Positions 22,745 to 35,699 of a stretch of 64,000 bases of DNA are shown here, one piece after another; the stretch's first letter is position 1; each line of letters begins with the position of its first letter. A program made the translations under genes and the position numbers. The notes below the pieces were generated by a model that did not search any database, was not told where the DNA came from, and was given only the letters and a program-made list of their open reading frames with translations. This DNA comes from Phoronis australis (taxonomy: Eukaryota; Animalia; Phoronida): positions 84,476-148,475 of the forward strand of contig NMRA01000769.1 of assembly GCA_002633005.1 (NCBI GenBank), given 5' to 3'.

Positions 22745-25700
22745 ATTTAACTGTTAAACAGTCAAGTTATCTCGCGACAGTATGCTGTATTTTGCTTAGT
22801 GGAAGATCTGAAAACGCATTTAGTGGAAATAATTATTGTTGGGGGAATTGTCAAACATTTTAGCTGTTATTAGCTTAGACCACTACATCAAGTCGTTGTG
22901 TTTTTCTTATTTCATTGCAAATTGCTATTCGTCACCGCTGTTTGCTGAGTAGTCGATTCCGCGTTGGCTGTTCTCAGAAAACCACTTCTCCTGCTGATAA
23001 TTTAACTTTGAGAACCGTGTTTGGGATATTGATATTAGTGTAAAAATTATTTTCAACGGAAAGGCGTAGTCGTAGTAGGGCTTCACTAAATCTAACCGAC
23101 TAAAATAAAACAGGAGAATGTTGCCAAACCCGTTAAGTAGAAAATTATAATTGAAATTCACCACTTTTCATTCCTAACTTATGTTTCAAGGTCCGTATCA
23201 TGACGACAGCAGATTCACAGTGTTCGGGCGAAACTTCACGGGTGGCGACCTGCCATTGCGATTCGGCCCTCCCATCTGTGTGGAATGCAGGCGGAGTGGG
23301 AGTTGCTGCGGGTAGATACATTCAATATTTGTTACCGTACACTGCTGTAGTGGGACGTAGGCGAACGTAGGCGCAGCCAACCTCCTTTTGGCATTTGAAC
23401 GTAGCGTCAACGCACCGTAAGTTACGTTCAATGCTCGGTGGGCTTTGGGCGCCTACTTACCTCTGATTTTACCACTACAGCACTGTTACCGTATTGTGGA
23501 GATAGACTGGGTCCACGTCTCTCCAAGCATACATGTAACAACGGTCAGCTGCCTCTAGGCGAAGTGATGTGCATAAGCTAGCCGGTGTAAACCCCTCCTC
23601 TACGTATCTCCCCGACTGCGATATTTAGCTGCGCTTGTATCCTATAGAATTGTTTGTCACTTCTACCTTTGACGTGATAAGAAGTTAATCGTCACCTCAG
23701 TAAAAACATGCGATTGTTGATTCCTTGTCCAACAACGTTCATTCAATGATAATCATGCAACTGACGTGGTTTTTCTGGGGTTTCCCCAGTCAAGGTCTGT
23801 TTTCTTCTAAGGAGAGTAAGTGAACTCTTAAAACCTGTGACGTACACAAAAATATGCTATCATTTAAAAAATCTTAACTCATTTCACTATTTCGTAAATA
23901 GGAGTCATATATTGACTTAAAATCGCGTTGAGAATTAAATTCCGTCCACTCTTGTGCCACATAAAACCGGTTCCAGATGACACGAGGAATGAAATTGCGC
24001 ATCGGATACAAATGATACTTCAATGCCAGCTTATAACATATTTTGGGATTTTACCGGGATTTAGCGTTGAAATTTGACATCCACACGACCTATTAACAAC
24101 GTCACGCTATTCACGAAATGTGACAGGATGTTTGACTTCTCCGAGGGGTCGAGGCCTGGCGTATAAGCTGGAGCCATATCCAACGGTTATGTTAGTACGG
24201 CACTTTCTGGGAACACTTGAAATGCAGCGATCCCGAATAAGTTACGACTACATAGAGCGCCACTAAGTTTATTTGGATCAAGGCCACGCAAGTACGAGTG
24301 TGTTCGTGCTTTCATGGCAATCCAAGCAAATTGATCAAGAGAAGTTGCGCCGATACGTATACGTGAAGTTGTATTCCATAAGCGGTTCGAGTGGGTCAAG
24401 GGGGTCCGGAGCCTTTGATTTCAATGATATCAAATCTAGAATTTTCAAATTGTTGAATTGAACACATTTTTTTAAAAAAATCCTTGATCCGACCACCCAC
24501 CCTACCTATGAAATATTCTGCATTTACCCCTGTAGCCTGCCGCCAGTAGTGAAAACGGCTACATCGTGAGTGGCCCCTATGAATGAAGAACGCTTCTTTT
24601 GCAGATATGGGAAAGCAGCCGGCGTTTTCGTGACAAGTCCCGGGTGTCGCGTTGTTGACGACAAAACTTCCTGCGACATGAAGATCGAATGCACACCCAA
24701 GTTACCTACACGTCCAACACAGCCCTGACCTTCCTAGTCACAATACAACAATGCGTGAACAGAATCAGCCATATTACCAATGTGTGACTACGCAAACTGA
24801 ATGAAAATTTCAAGTTATTTACTCGTCTCAATGTTTCATGAAACTTAAAAAAAAGGAAAAAAATCTTAGACCTTCTCATGCATAAATGCTGACTGTATGC
24901 TCAGAAAGAGAATGATGTGTACGTTTGCGTGACCATTAGGAAATGGAAATGTATAACGTCTCTTTTTAGATGAAAAATTTAACATTTACTAGAAAAATGT
25001 AACGATGTTCTCATGAAATAGCAAAGTCACTAGGCAAATCTTACGCTAACAGGATTGCACGAAAGTGGAGGAGAAAGCGTGTACCGTTCACCCCAGCGCA
25101 TGTAGACCGAGATATCCCAGAGCTTTTCTGTGCATGAAGAGGTAACCAATTTTCTTTAGTACCGCACTGCTCCATGAGTATCCTCATGCTTGGAAATGGA
25201 CATCTGGCAGGCTCGCTGTGGTGGGTGTGGTCAGGGGAGCTAAGCGAATAATACTAAAAATTTGAGCTACATCAACTTTTCTGATAACCACTTAGAACTG
25301 CCTTCGATACCTACTACGTAATCCAATGTATGAAAATTGGTCACAGCCAGGCAATTTCAGTGACGGGGAGTTACACGGTTATAAACATTGTAAAAAATGA
25401 GCTAGATCAATCGAAGAGGTAACCGAATGAAACCAGTTGAAAAATATTCATCATAACCCGAGATATCACGAATAAACACTGCCAGATAAATCTAGTGTGG
25501 TCTTACACACATCAAAATACCCGAGTTGAGCTAGATCAACCCACCAGGTAACCGTTTGAAACCAATTGCATGATGTTTAGCATCACTGCACATGGAACAA
25601 CAGTTGGATGCCAGACAATTTCAGCGTTTGTGTGCCCCTGCCAGACGATTGTAAAAAGAGCTAAAGTTGAGCTAGATCGACCCAAGAGGTAACCGCATTA

Positions 25701-26873
25701 AACCAGGTCCAAAATATTCAACGTAAGCCCATAAGTCTAGCGGTGGGTTAGACCTACCAGACACGCCCAAATATCTGAGTTGCGCTAGATTAACCCGCCA
25801 GATAATCGTTTGAAACCATTCAATGCTCATCAACATTCTACATGCAACAAAAGGTGCCTTACAGACAATTTTGAGCGGTGGGGCAGTAGCATGCAGAGGT
25901 TTGGTCGATGCATCGGCGACTTTTTATTGGACGCCCCTCTCTCTCTCTGCTCAAATGCATATGTCCAAATAATAATACAAATAAAAAGGTGAAACATAAA
26001 CTAGAATCTTTATTTAATTTAACAGCAAATCAGTCACAATTCCCAAAAAGATTATACACAGTAATTGGAAACTATTTTCACCTACGTGGATGCCCGGACC
26101 GTCGCCACGATGACTGAGCACCATAACAATATCTATGAGTAATCAATTTGAACGTGTTTTATTTGCACTACGTAGACATAAAAGGGAACAGTTCCATTGC
26201 CCCGGCATATCTGTGTCGTTCAAATGAAATGATTATCAATCTAACGTAACTGAAAAACTATCAGGGCTCGTTATTCCCACGCACGGCAAATAACCAGTTC
26301 GCAATATGATCAGTGAGAGTGTTTTATCTATATTACAGCTTTAATAGTTTCCACGCAGTCCAACACGACCATGTGAATCCAATGTTCAGGTGCCGTAGAG
26401 GTGTTTTTAGCCTTTTTGGAGAACACAATAACAAACATAAATAATAAAAGGAGATTTATCGCTTTAACCAAAATTCATCTAATTCCAATGAGCCAACTTG
26501 TTCCACTGTGCATGTTTTAGTCAACTCCAAAGTGCTGTAATTAATCCTTTTCCTCGGAGTCGGAATCTTCACGCATTGGTTCGTCTACGGAATCTGACAG
26601 TTGTTCAGGCGAACTATTTCTAATGATGCCTCACTCCCAAGGTTACTATTGTTGATTTCTGCTTTCTAACTGAACAATATGTCAGGGAGAATAGACCCTC
26701 AAAAGTAATTGGCAGTAACATGTGAGTTTCAGTTTCATGATAACCATAATCAGTTGGTGTCAGTCCATCCCAAGGGTACCACGCTGTCGCGGCACGAGTC
26801 CAAAGTGCTGTGACGCACTGAGTTTGGCGAATCTTCATCTGTCGGCTACGGAGACAAGGTGGGAGCAACGCGC

Positions 26874-28305
26874 TATGGTGGGCCGTTGAAGGGAAAGTGT
26901 TGATGTAAAATTACGCTCGTAATTACGAGCGTAAATTAAATGGGGAAAAGTTTAGCCGTAAAATTACGCTCGTAATCATGAGTGTAAATTAAATTGCAGG
27001 AGTGTCGCCGTACAATTACGCTCGTAAATTAAATGGGGAAAAGTTTAGCCGTAAAATTACGCTCGTAATTATGAGTGTAAGTTAAATTGCAAAAGTGTTG
27101 CGGTAAAATTACGCCCGCAAATTAAATGGGGTAAATGTCGCCGTAAATTACGCTCGTAAAATACCTTAAGAATGTTCCAAATTTAAACCAATCAGTGATG
27201 ACCTAACATACACGACTGTTGCTGGGCAGCTCGTTCTGGCACAATCGTTGACATGACAGCAGCGATTTGATCCGCCATGATTCACCGCTCGTATCGTAGA
27301 CATGAAACCCGCCAGTAAATAAGTATTTCCATGAGCGCACGCGATCTTTGATTGTAAAACCCAACGTCATTGGCTAAGAGTTTAAACTAAATTACGAGCG
27401 TAATTTTACGCCGTAATGATTAACAGCGTAAATAACGGCGTAATGTACACAATTACCATAGGTGGATTTAGGGGGGAGAGCCCAGGGGGCCCGGGCCCCC
27501 CCCCCACCCTGGCTGCCGCAAAAAAATAAAACAGCAAGAGCGTAGGGAAATGTTGAGTTTATTAATTTGCCCAGGTAATTAAAATTATACGGATGAAAAA
27601 AGATTTAAATGTGTGCAGTTTTAGTGTTGGGGGGGGGGGGGGNNNNNNNNNNNNNNNNNNNNNNNTTTTTTAAAGAAAATGGAACCTGAGTGACGATGAA
27701 AAAACAGAAGCTGCTGGTAAGATGTGAATTTTAATCTAAGCCTTAGTGAATCACTCAGAAACTCATTAATTCTCTCTTTGTCAAACCTTAACTTAAGACG
27801 ATTTCCAAAGCAATCCCGTCATTATTGCCAACACGAAAAACGGATTTGGTCTTTTGGGCATTTGATGACTATTTAAAATACAAAAAATTTGTTAAGAACC
27901 GATTGCACAAAATATAAAACGTGTAATAAGCATTACAAAAAGAAGTAGGTTTCGCGCGCAAACGCTGTGGACCATAAACAAGTAGGTTTCTTAGTTTTAA
28001 GTTAGTAGTGGTGGTGTAGTGGTAAGGCACGCGCGTCCTATCGGCCAGGTTGTAGGTTCGAATCTGTGACACTCGCAGTTTTTCCTTTTTTTTCTAGGAT
28101 AATACTTCAGAAATCAAGGAAAATGCTTGATTTTAGAGGAAAAAATCAGAAAAAATTCCATTCGGTGCTATGCGCATCTACAATCGTGGTTTGCGCAAAT
28201 GCTTACGGCCCGACAAAATGTTGCCCCCCCTTGTGATATCCTAGATCCGCCACTGATTACGCTAGTATTTTTCCGGCGACACCTTCCCCCCAACGGCCCA
28301 TCATA
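26874..28305. mobile_element. Non-autonomous element with TAT...ATA termini and 6-bp TSD (IS3EU-like, inferred)
   Basis: TIR TATGRTGGGCCGTTG; TSD ACGCGC at 26868-26873 and 28306-28311; internal AATTACGCTCGTAA repeats. Confidence 0.8.
27457..28255 (+). mobile_element. tRNA-cassette non-autonomous transposon copy (contains the N gap)
   Basis: Termini CATAGGTGGATTTAG / CTAGATCCGCCACTG; 5-bp TSD ATTAC on both sides. Confidence 0.85.
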
Positions 28306-31300
28306 ACGCGCAGCCAATTCGTTTAACATCAGCAAGTGGATCCTACTGAAAAGAAAACTAAAAACTATAAGCATAGATGACATGATGGTAGTTGTGCATT
28401 ATCAGATCTAATAGTTATATTGTTTACGGGTTATCACTACATACCTCTGCAACTTTGCCAGCATGTCCATACGTTTGACGAACCGGGCCTCGTTAACATC
28501 TTTGACCTTGCTTTTTTGCGCACATGTGATACACGAACTCAGTGACAAGCCGACATCGATGCTGTCATGCACGTCTCCAGAAGTAGCGAAAGTATTGGTG
28601 AGCTTTTCATCACTTTTAGCAATGTCTAGGGCCTTGACTTTGCCTTTCCTGAAAAATAAGGAATGACGTATAAGACTAATTCATAATAGAACCTTTTTTA
28701 ATCTAAAAGAGTCAATCATAACACGATATTTAGACTTCGTTTACATGGCAGACGTAATCACAGCTAATTGAATTCTTTCAATTCTCGTCAATACAGCAAT
28801 TACCAAAATTTCGATTACATACCTATAAAAGACAGGTGTGGAGTCACATCCAGTGATGGTGTTGTGTCCAGACGTTGCTCTGGCAAGTCCCTACTTGCGA
28901 TTTTCAAGAGCGGTTGCTATGTAGAAAATGTGGATGAATCTCTTGCTATTTCCCACTCCACAGTTCATGACAACGTTGGTCGTGGATCGTATTTCTCGCC
29001 GCTGTTGTCCAAGTGTACCAATCAAGATTACCAAAACATCCATATCTCAGTGAAACCCTCACTATCATATGGCCGATAGGGATGTTTGCGACGTGGAACG
29101 CAATCAACATGTCGGCTTCCTCGGGGTCGCCTTGAAGATGGGCAGGGTTTGTTACCATGCTGTGCTGGTTATCGTCGGGAAAGAACCGTTGGTAGCACTC
29201 ACCACCGTGGGAAACGAACAAAGTTTTCCCACCACTGTCTTTATTGAGTTTTCTACGTACTTGTCTAGACACCAGTGAGGTTCCTCTGTCCTCCCCGAAC
29301 AGACCACTAATAACATCGATCGTGCAACTGATCCGTAAGTTGCGCCTATTCTCGTCTGTGAGATGACTGAATGCAGAAGTCCGCCATTTAAAACCTTTGC
29401 GTAGCCCTACAGAAAGTCTTCATCTGTTATAGGTTCTGTCTGGAACAATTCACAACTTTTTTCAACAAAACAGGCTTTTCGGGTTTGACGAGAGTTCCAT
29501 TGCAGTGAGTGGCTGGATGTACGAGAAGTTTTCGAAGGTCGAAGTCTGTCCTCTTTGCTACAACTACGATTATGCGTACGAACAAATCTCTGAGACTCTC
29601 TTCGGTGTCTTGTTTCTCTGTGAGGCGATGACTTGGCTATATTCTTCACGCTATCAGCAACCTATAATTGCTGTCGTTTTCCCATTCGTGTTGGAATTTT
29701 TCTCTCGCATCATGGCCTCGTGATCAGCGCATTGATCAAGTAGACTCCCGTTTCTGGGATGCTGCTTGGCCAGGTGCGATATTAACCAGACCAGATGCAG
29801 CATCAGGTTACAGAAATTGTCGATTTTCCGGCACACTGAATGGTGCTTTTTGGTTCTTGAAGGAATGCACTGACTCTTTGCATTTTCCCCAATTTCAAGT
29901 CCTGCAAATGTGTAAGTTAAATTACAGTCATTGCCTTTGTGTCATAGAGAGGGAACATCGATTCTCCGAGGTGCGGAAAGCCACTGTCAGTTTCATGCTC
30001 GATGCTGCATTTTAACGGAGTGAGTCCAAAGAGACTCGGAGGTCAACAGCAGATCTACTGAAGTATTTCCTCGTACGTCGCACCAGAACGCGCCATTCTC
30101 CAGCACTTCACGTAATATTGAGTCCGCGAACTGCAACTTTTCGTAAAACAATGTTGACATTTGGAGTAGTTTGAGATTTTCAAGGCAAAAAAATGTTGAT
30201 ATAACCACCTCTGGAGTTCTCTGTGGGTGCGATTTATGCGAGAGATGCATATTGCCGAAAACTGATCAGTGATGCCAAATTTGGTGAAAGAAATCTTCTG
30301 GAGATACTGAGTGATCCCAAGATCATCAAGGTTTGCCTCTATTTGTTGTCTGGATCTGAAGGGACTACAGTCATCACGATACGAGTCAGGGACTCACTGG
30401 CTTTATTGCAAATCGAAGTGCACGGTTCCTCACTTTGGTGCACGGTTCCGCAAATGCGCTGGTAATGAATTCTGTTTCGACACTTTATAATTTGTCTGGT
30501 GGAACCCTACGTCTGAACTTGGCATTTTACTGTTGTGCATGTGCAATCGGATGGTGAACATCGTGCACCGTTACCCGGTGGGTTGACCTAGCTCAACTCA
30601 GGTTTGGGCGTGTCTGACGTGGCTTACCCACCACTAGATTCGTTGCAGTGTTTATTCGTGATGCCTGGGTTTACGGTGAATATTGTGCAAGTGGTTTCAT
30701 GCGGTTACCTCTTGAGTCGATCTAGCCCAATTTTTAACCCTTTGTGATAACCGTCTGCCAGGCTGGGGCACGCCACCGCTGAAATTGTCTGACAAAAATC
30801 AATGCGCAGTGATGCTGAGCATCGTACAATTGGTTTCAAACGGTTACCTGGTGGGTTTATGGTTAATATTTTGCAACTGGCTAATTCATGCGGTTACTTC
30901 ACTGATTGGCCTAGCTCACCTGTTACCCCGTTTATAACAGTCTGATACTCCCCACCACTGAAATTGCGTGGCAGTGACCAATTTCGATAGTAGGCCTATA
31001 GTACATATCGAAGGTAGTGGTAAGTGGATACCAGGAGAGTTGATCTAGTTCAATTTTTGTGCGTCATTCTCTTAGCTCCTCTGACCACAGCCACCGGAGC
31101 GAGCCTGCCAGAGGGTACATTTCCAAGCATGAGGATGCTCATGGAGCACTGTGGTACTAAAGAGAATTGGTTACCTTGTCCAAAAAACCTATGGCAAGCT
31201 GTCACAGATTGAAGTGAGCTAGTCGCTATTCATGGGTTTGGCTGAATGTGCTGAATGAGAAAATTCAGGTCGTAAACCAAAAACACCTGTTAAGCGTGAG

Positions 31301-33534
31301 CTTCGAAGTGAAAAAACGAACAACTAAGGGAAACTACCACCGTGACTGTTTTTAAAAATAGAAAAGTAAATAGTAGCTGTCTTTGAATTTTAAAAATCGA
31401 TGCGTTATACACTGTAGGTGAAAATATGGACGTATCCGAGGGGCTGGCGAGGACACATTTACTAACCAAACCACCACCTTCCCCGCCGCCTCCTGTGACG
31501 TCACGCCTCTACCGGCCCGGCTTACCTTGCCATCAGATGAAGATCTTCCAACAAAAGGTATTGTAAGGCAAACAACTCGAGCAGCACCAAACTGAACTGA
31601 TGGTTGAAATGTCTTCAAATAAAAATGCATAGATCGTGATTGAATACGCTTTATTTTTGTCACACTTTATTGAATTAAATAGAAATATAGTAGAATGCCC
31701 AATTACCATGGTAACAGTCACCAAACTTGGAAATGTCATTCAGTGCATAATATTTGCAAGGAATTCTAATGACGCAAACTGACTTGACAAAAGCACTTAA
31801 TATTACAGTGGAAGACTCTCATTACCACCTCGTATTGGGAGACCTAACAAGACCATGATTGTGGAGGCACGTTTTCACCAACCCTCAAAGTTATGCAAAA
31901 TGAAGTTTAGAAAATTCTGGCTTTGCTTCAAGGAACATTCTGCCGCAGAACGCCAAGTCACGCATCCAATCTCCAGCATTTAATATAATTGTGATTTATT
32001 GAAATATATACATATATCCATAGGCCCAAAGCATAACATGTAACGGCAGGACAGAACATTGTCAGGTGCGTTACTAACGACGAATAGAAGTAGGATATCC
32101 GCAATTCTCATGAGAGATTCAAACTTAGATGTCTTTGGAGAACGACAAAAACGATCACTAATAAGTACTCAACCCGAAGGTCTTGGAACGTACTGCAAAC
32201 TAACACAAGGTGGTCGTCTTCTACACATCTCGAATTACATAACTCAAACAACCTATTTTCATAGGAAATATTAGTGTGGTGACCTCTTTCCACTATCTTT
32301 CCACTAGTAGCGAATGATTTGAACATCGCAATCGAGTAAGAGACTGGATAAAAATACGTGGGATACCAATTCTCAAGACAATACATTGTTTGTACCTCAC
32401 ATAGTAAGGCAGTTTTGCGTTACATTCGATATCAGATTGCCAACCTTACAAACAACAGTCCGCGACACGTTGAGAAAAAAACTGTCAAGAAACACGCTTT
32501 ATAAGACGAGTGATTGTATGTTCATCCAATTCAGGGACTGCACGGCTAAACCTTCGAAAAGACTGTGACTCAATCTCAACTGCTTGGCGAGCACAATTTT
32601 GTGGAAGAGATAAAGGGAACCTGTTTAAAGAAGCCAGACTATTCACGATATACACACAACAACACGCGGCACGGACTCGGAGAAACCAGATGCGAAAAGT
32701 TACTTTTAAAATTTGGTTCTCATCCGGAAACGCTCTTATCTTAAACAAGAACAACACAAAGCGTTCACATGCACTCACAATGCACCACGAACGGTAGGTT
32801 TCTAGGGGTGCTTATCAGTTGACACAAGGAGACAATAATTTGACCACAACGGGTACCCGCAACAATCAGAATTGACAAAAAGTGTTGGTACCTCACCTTT
32901 CAGAACAAAAATCAGATCAAAAAATTTTAAACATAAGCATTTTCAACATTTGCAGCAAAGAGATGAAACACACTACAAAGGCATCCAAAAATAGCAACAA
33001 TTCTAATCTCCTTCTTTTCATAAAGAACAATCACGAGGTTTGGCAAATAAAGGTAGACACAAAATGACATAATGAGCACGAGACTTGTTGGAATCGGCTC
33101 AAAACTGGTAGCTACCACTGAAGGGCGCTGCGGTAGCCACAACCACCCGAATATAAATGGTCACTAGGGGGTGCTGCAGTAGCCAAAACCACGAGAAATA
33201 AACTGGTACCAGCACATTGACGTCACATACCTCTGTCAGTTTCATTGAAAATCATCACAGGCTTTTCTAGATGTCATCTAGAAATGCAATTCTCCCCCAA
33301 AATACTAAGAAAGAAATATATCAAGACAAAATGGCCACCATGGATTGTGCAGAGTCTGAATTTGCCCAAAAAGCGCATTAAGTTTCAGTTCTGAGATGTC
33401 AGTCGGAAACATTCTTCCCAAAACATAACTAAAATGCCCCGTGTATGGGCCCAAGCAGTTTGAAAAATGGCATGCAGCCAAGTGAAGCCCCACACACCCT
33501 TGTCAAATTTCCTTCAAAGTTTTAAGTGATCTGG

Positions 33535-33666
33535 TCATAGTTAGTAATAGCTAATAGTCATAGTAACTCAGTAGTTACAGTTAGCAACTTCTAATAGTCA
33601 CAGTCAGTAACTGCTAATAGTCGCAGTTAGAAAGTGCTAACAGTCACAATTAATAACTGCTAATAG
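33535..33666. repeat. Degenerate ~23-bp tandem repeat (ATAGTCACAGTTAGTAACTGCTA-like)
   Basis: Repeated AATAGTCA/GTTAG/AACTGCT motifs. Confidence 0.6.
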
Positions 33667-35510
33667 GTTGCATATGGTCCAATGTCCATTTAATATTATC
33701 TTCATGATTTTCAAGCACAATAAAATAGCTGGTCAATGATAAGCACCGTTACCAGCTCAGACTTCTTCGGCACTCAACATGAACATCACTATCTGTAACT
33801 TAGAGAATAAATTAACAATAAATACAATGTTTACAATCAAAGAGGCATAGAACGGGAAAACTGATTATGAAAATACCTTTTAAACACATCATGGCAAATC
33901 TACTTCTTGACGAAGTTAACATGACAGTTATTCACTTTGAATAATGTAATTTTGTCCATCGTTCAGGTTCTATGCCGCTTTAACAGTAAACATATGGAAT
34001 ACGCGGCACTGCTACAACAATGACAGTTTTAAATATTAAACATTACTACTGCATTTAAATCTCAAGTCAAACAAACTGAAGAAGTTTGACTAGCATATTA
34101 AAAGCAAATCTTTCAAAATTCAGCAATAATTACATCTGATCCACTTTCATATCTTTGTATAATACTATGCATTACCCTTTGTTTATGATAACTTCAGTGC
34201 TGTGTCTTTTTCAAATTCTTTAAGTACTCAATACATCAACTAATTCTGTCAAACTTAGCCTCCAGCCCATTGTAAAATTTCAGTCTCCAATTCTATTGAC
34301 CATTTCATTACCAAAACTTCCCCAAACCACCAATATCTAGTGATAGTCAGTTTAGGAAATGGAAAACAAGTGATGAATGTCAAGGTCCAATAACTCCCAG
34401 GGCTGACCAGAGCATAATGACCCATTGCAGTGGCGGATTTATTCTCCCAGATTCCATTTGGCAGTTCGTGGGTGTGAATGTCTGACGGGCAAAATCTCGG
34501 CTAATACTCTGCCCTGGCCCACCCTAACGCATTGTACATAGAATACCAGCTAATAGTTAGCTGTTGACAGCTCACCACATGCAGTTTCCAAATAATTACA
34601 TCAGGATGGTGAAGAACAATAAACTCAATCACAAAAAATCATTTTTCCATCCAAAAAAGCATTAAAAATACCTGCAGCATACCATACTACAACATCCGGT
34701 GTACAGCGCCACCTAGTATGCACTGAAGAAGACATCGAAAAAAGGCAGATGTCAAAAATTTCTGCGCCAGGTATTTTTTACGCTTTTTGGTGGGAAAATG
34801 AATTTTCATGAGTGTATCACTACAAGCAAGGTGGATAGCTGAAACATTGTCATGATTGTCAACTCATGTATATGATCTTCATAATATTGGACAATGTATT
34901 GCACACCCACAAAGCATTGTTTTACATTTGCGAATAGAGATATTATTAATGACCCAATCATTCAAAAGCACTCGCTATCGTGTAGCTTTGGTACTAGGAC
35001 ATACTAAAAAGAACTACTTCAAAAGACTCTGATTTTCTGCAATAACCGAAACAAGACAGAATTCACGGAATCTGACCTCTTCCACAGAGTTAGAGATTAT
35101 GAGTAAACTATTAGTAAACGATACCACAGTTCTAACATTGTTGTTTTCGCTCGCGAAAATTAAGAATAGAACCCATCCAATATTCTGGCCACAAATCCAT
35201 AAATGATTGTTTTGAAGAAGGGATGTTGTTCATTCTTCCTGAAGGTAGCGCTTTTCCTTTCCCCCATTGAGTAGCGTTAAACACGGGGTGCAGCATGTTA
35301 TCCGTCAAACAGAGCTGCGGAATAATTCAGCATAAAAGTAAGGCAGTTTCCAGGTCATTTTTTTATATAATTCATCAATTTGATTATAATAAAATGAATT
35401 TTCCAAATTAACAAAATGAAAATAGGAAACTTTATGTTTGCTGGAACGTATCTTTCCATTTTGGAAAATGAAAAACAGGTCTCTGTGTTTCCAGTAAGCT
35501 ATGAACAATG

Positions 35511-35699
35511 TTAATCAAAATAATTGGGAAATTCACTGACGATACGTCGCACGATGTCTTTGTCCTCTTCACTGGCTTCCTCCTCATCCTCACTAATACG
35601 AGTGAAACACTGTCTCAACTCACTACTCCTATGTAGGCTCTCCTCTTGGCAGCAGTTCTGGATTATTAAGTAAACCAGCTTCAGGTAGTCATGGCGAAT
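35511..35699 (-). CDS. NCKIPSD: NCKIPSD coding exon 11 (terminal)
   Basis: TTTCAG|IRHDYLKLVYLIIQN...EFPNYFD*; not in the ORF track. Confidence 0.85.
   Translation of the reverse strand: MRHDYLKLVYLIIQNCCQEESLHRSSELRQCFTRISEDEEEASEEDKDIVRRIVSEFPNYFD

Larger units (their letters stand above)
26700..30500 (-). pseudogene. Degenerate Academ-like transposase/XPG-nuclease coding region, intron-containing and interrupted by insertions
   Basis: Motifs as above; removing the GT-AG intron 28649-28822 joins FYR to KGK in frame. Confidence 0.65.
25118..31191 (-). mobile_element. Decayed Academ-type (XPG-containing) DNA transposon with long TIRs
   Basis: About 25135-25860 is an inverted match to about 30560-31180, with repeated GAGCTAGATCAA/GGTAACC motifs. 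Minus-strand motifs include VRRTRKYFSRSAVDL, EEADMLIAFH, DMDVLVIL, ITGCDST..FYRKGK, DVNEARF and LLPPC...ALW...DYGY, broken by stops and frameshifts. Exact termini are approximate. Confidence 0.75.

Noticed and set aside
22621-22863. Poly-Ile/Val hydrophobic ORF
   Set aside because: Artefact of the AAT/ATT microsatellite.
23190-23315. Frame containing DLPLRFG, resembling an LPLRFamide neuropeptide
   Set aside because: Followed by Pro-Pro rather than a basic cleavage site; no signal peptide or precursor structure; likely chance.
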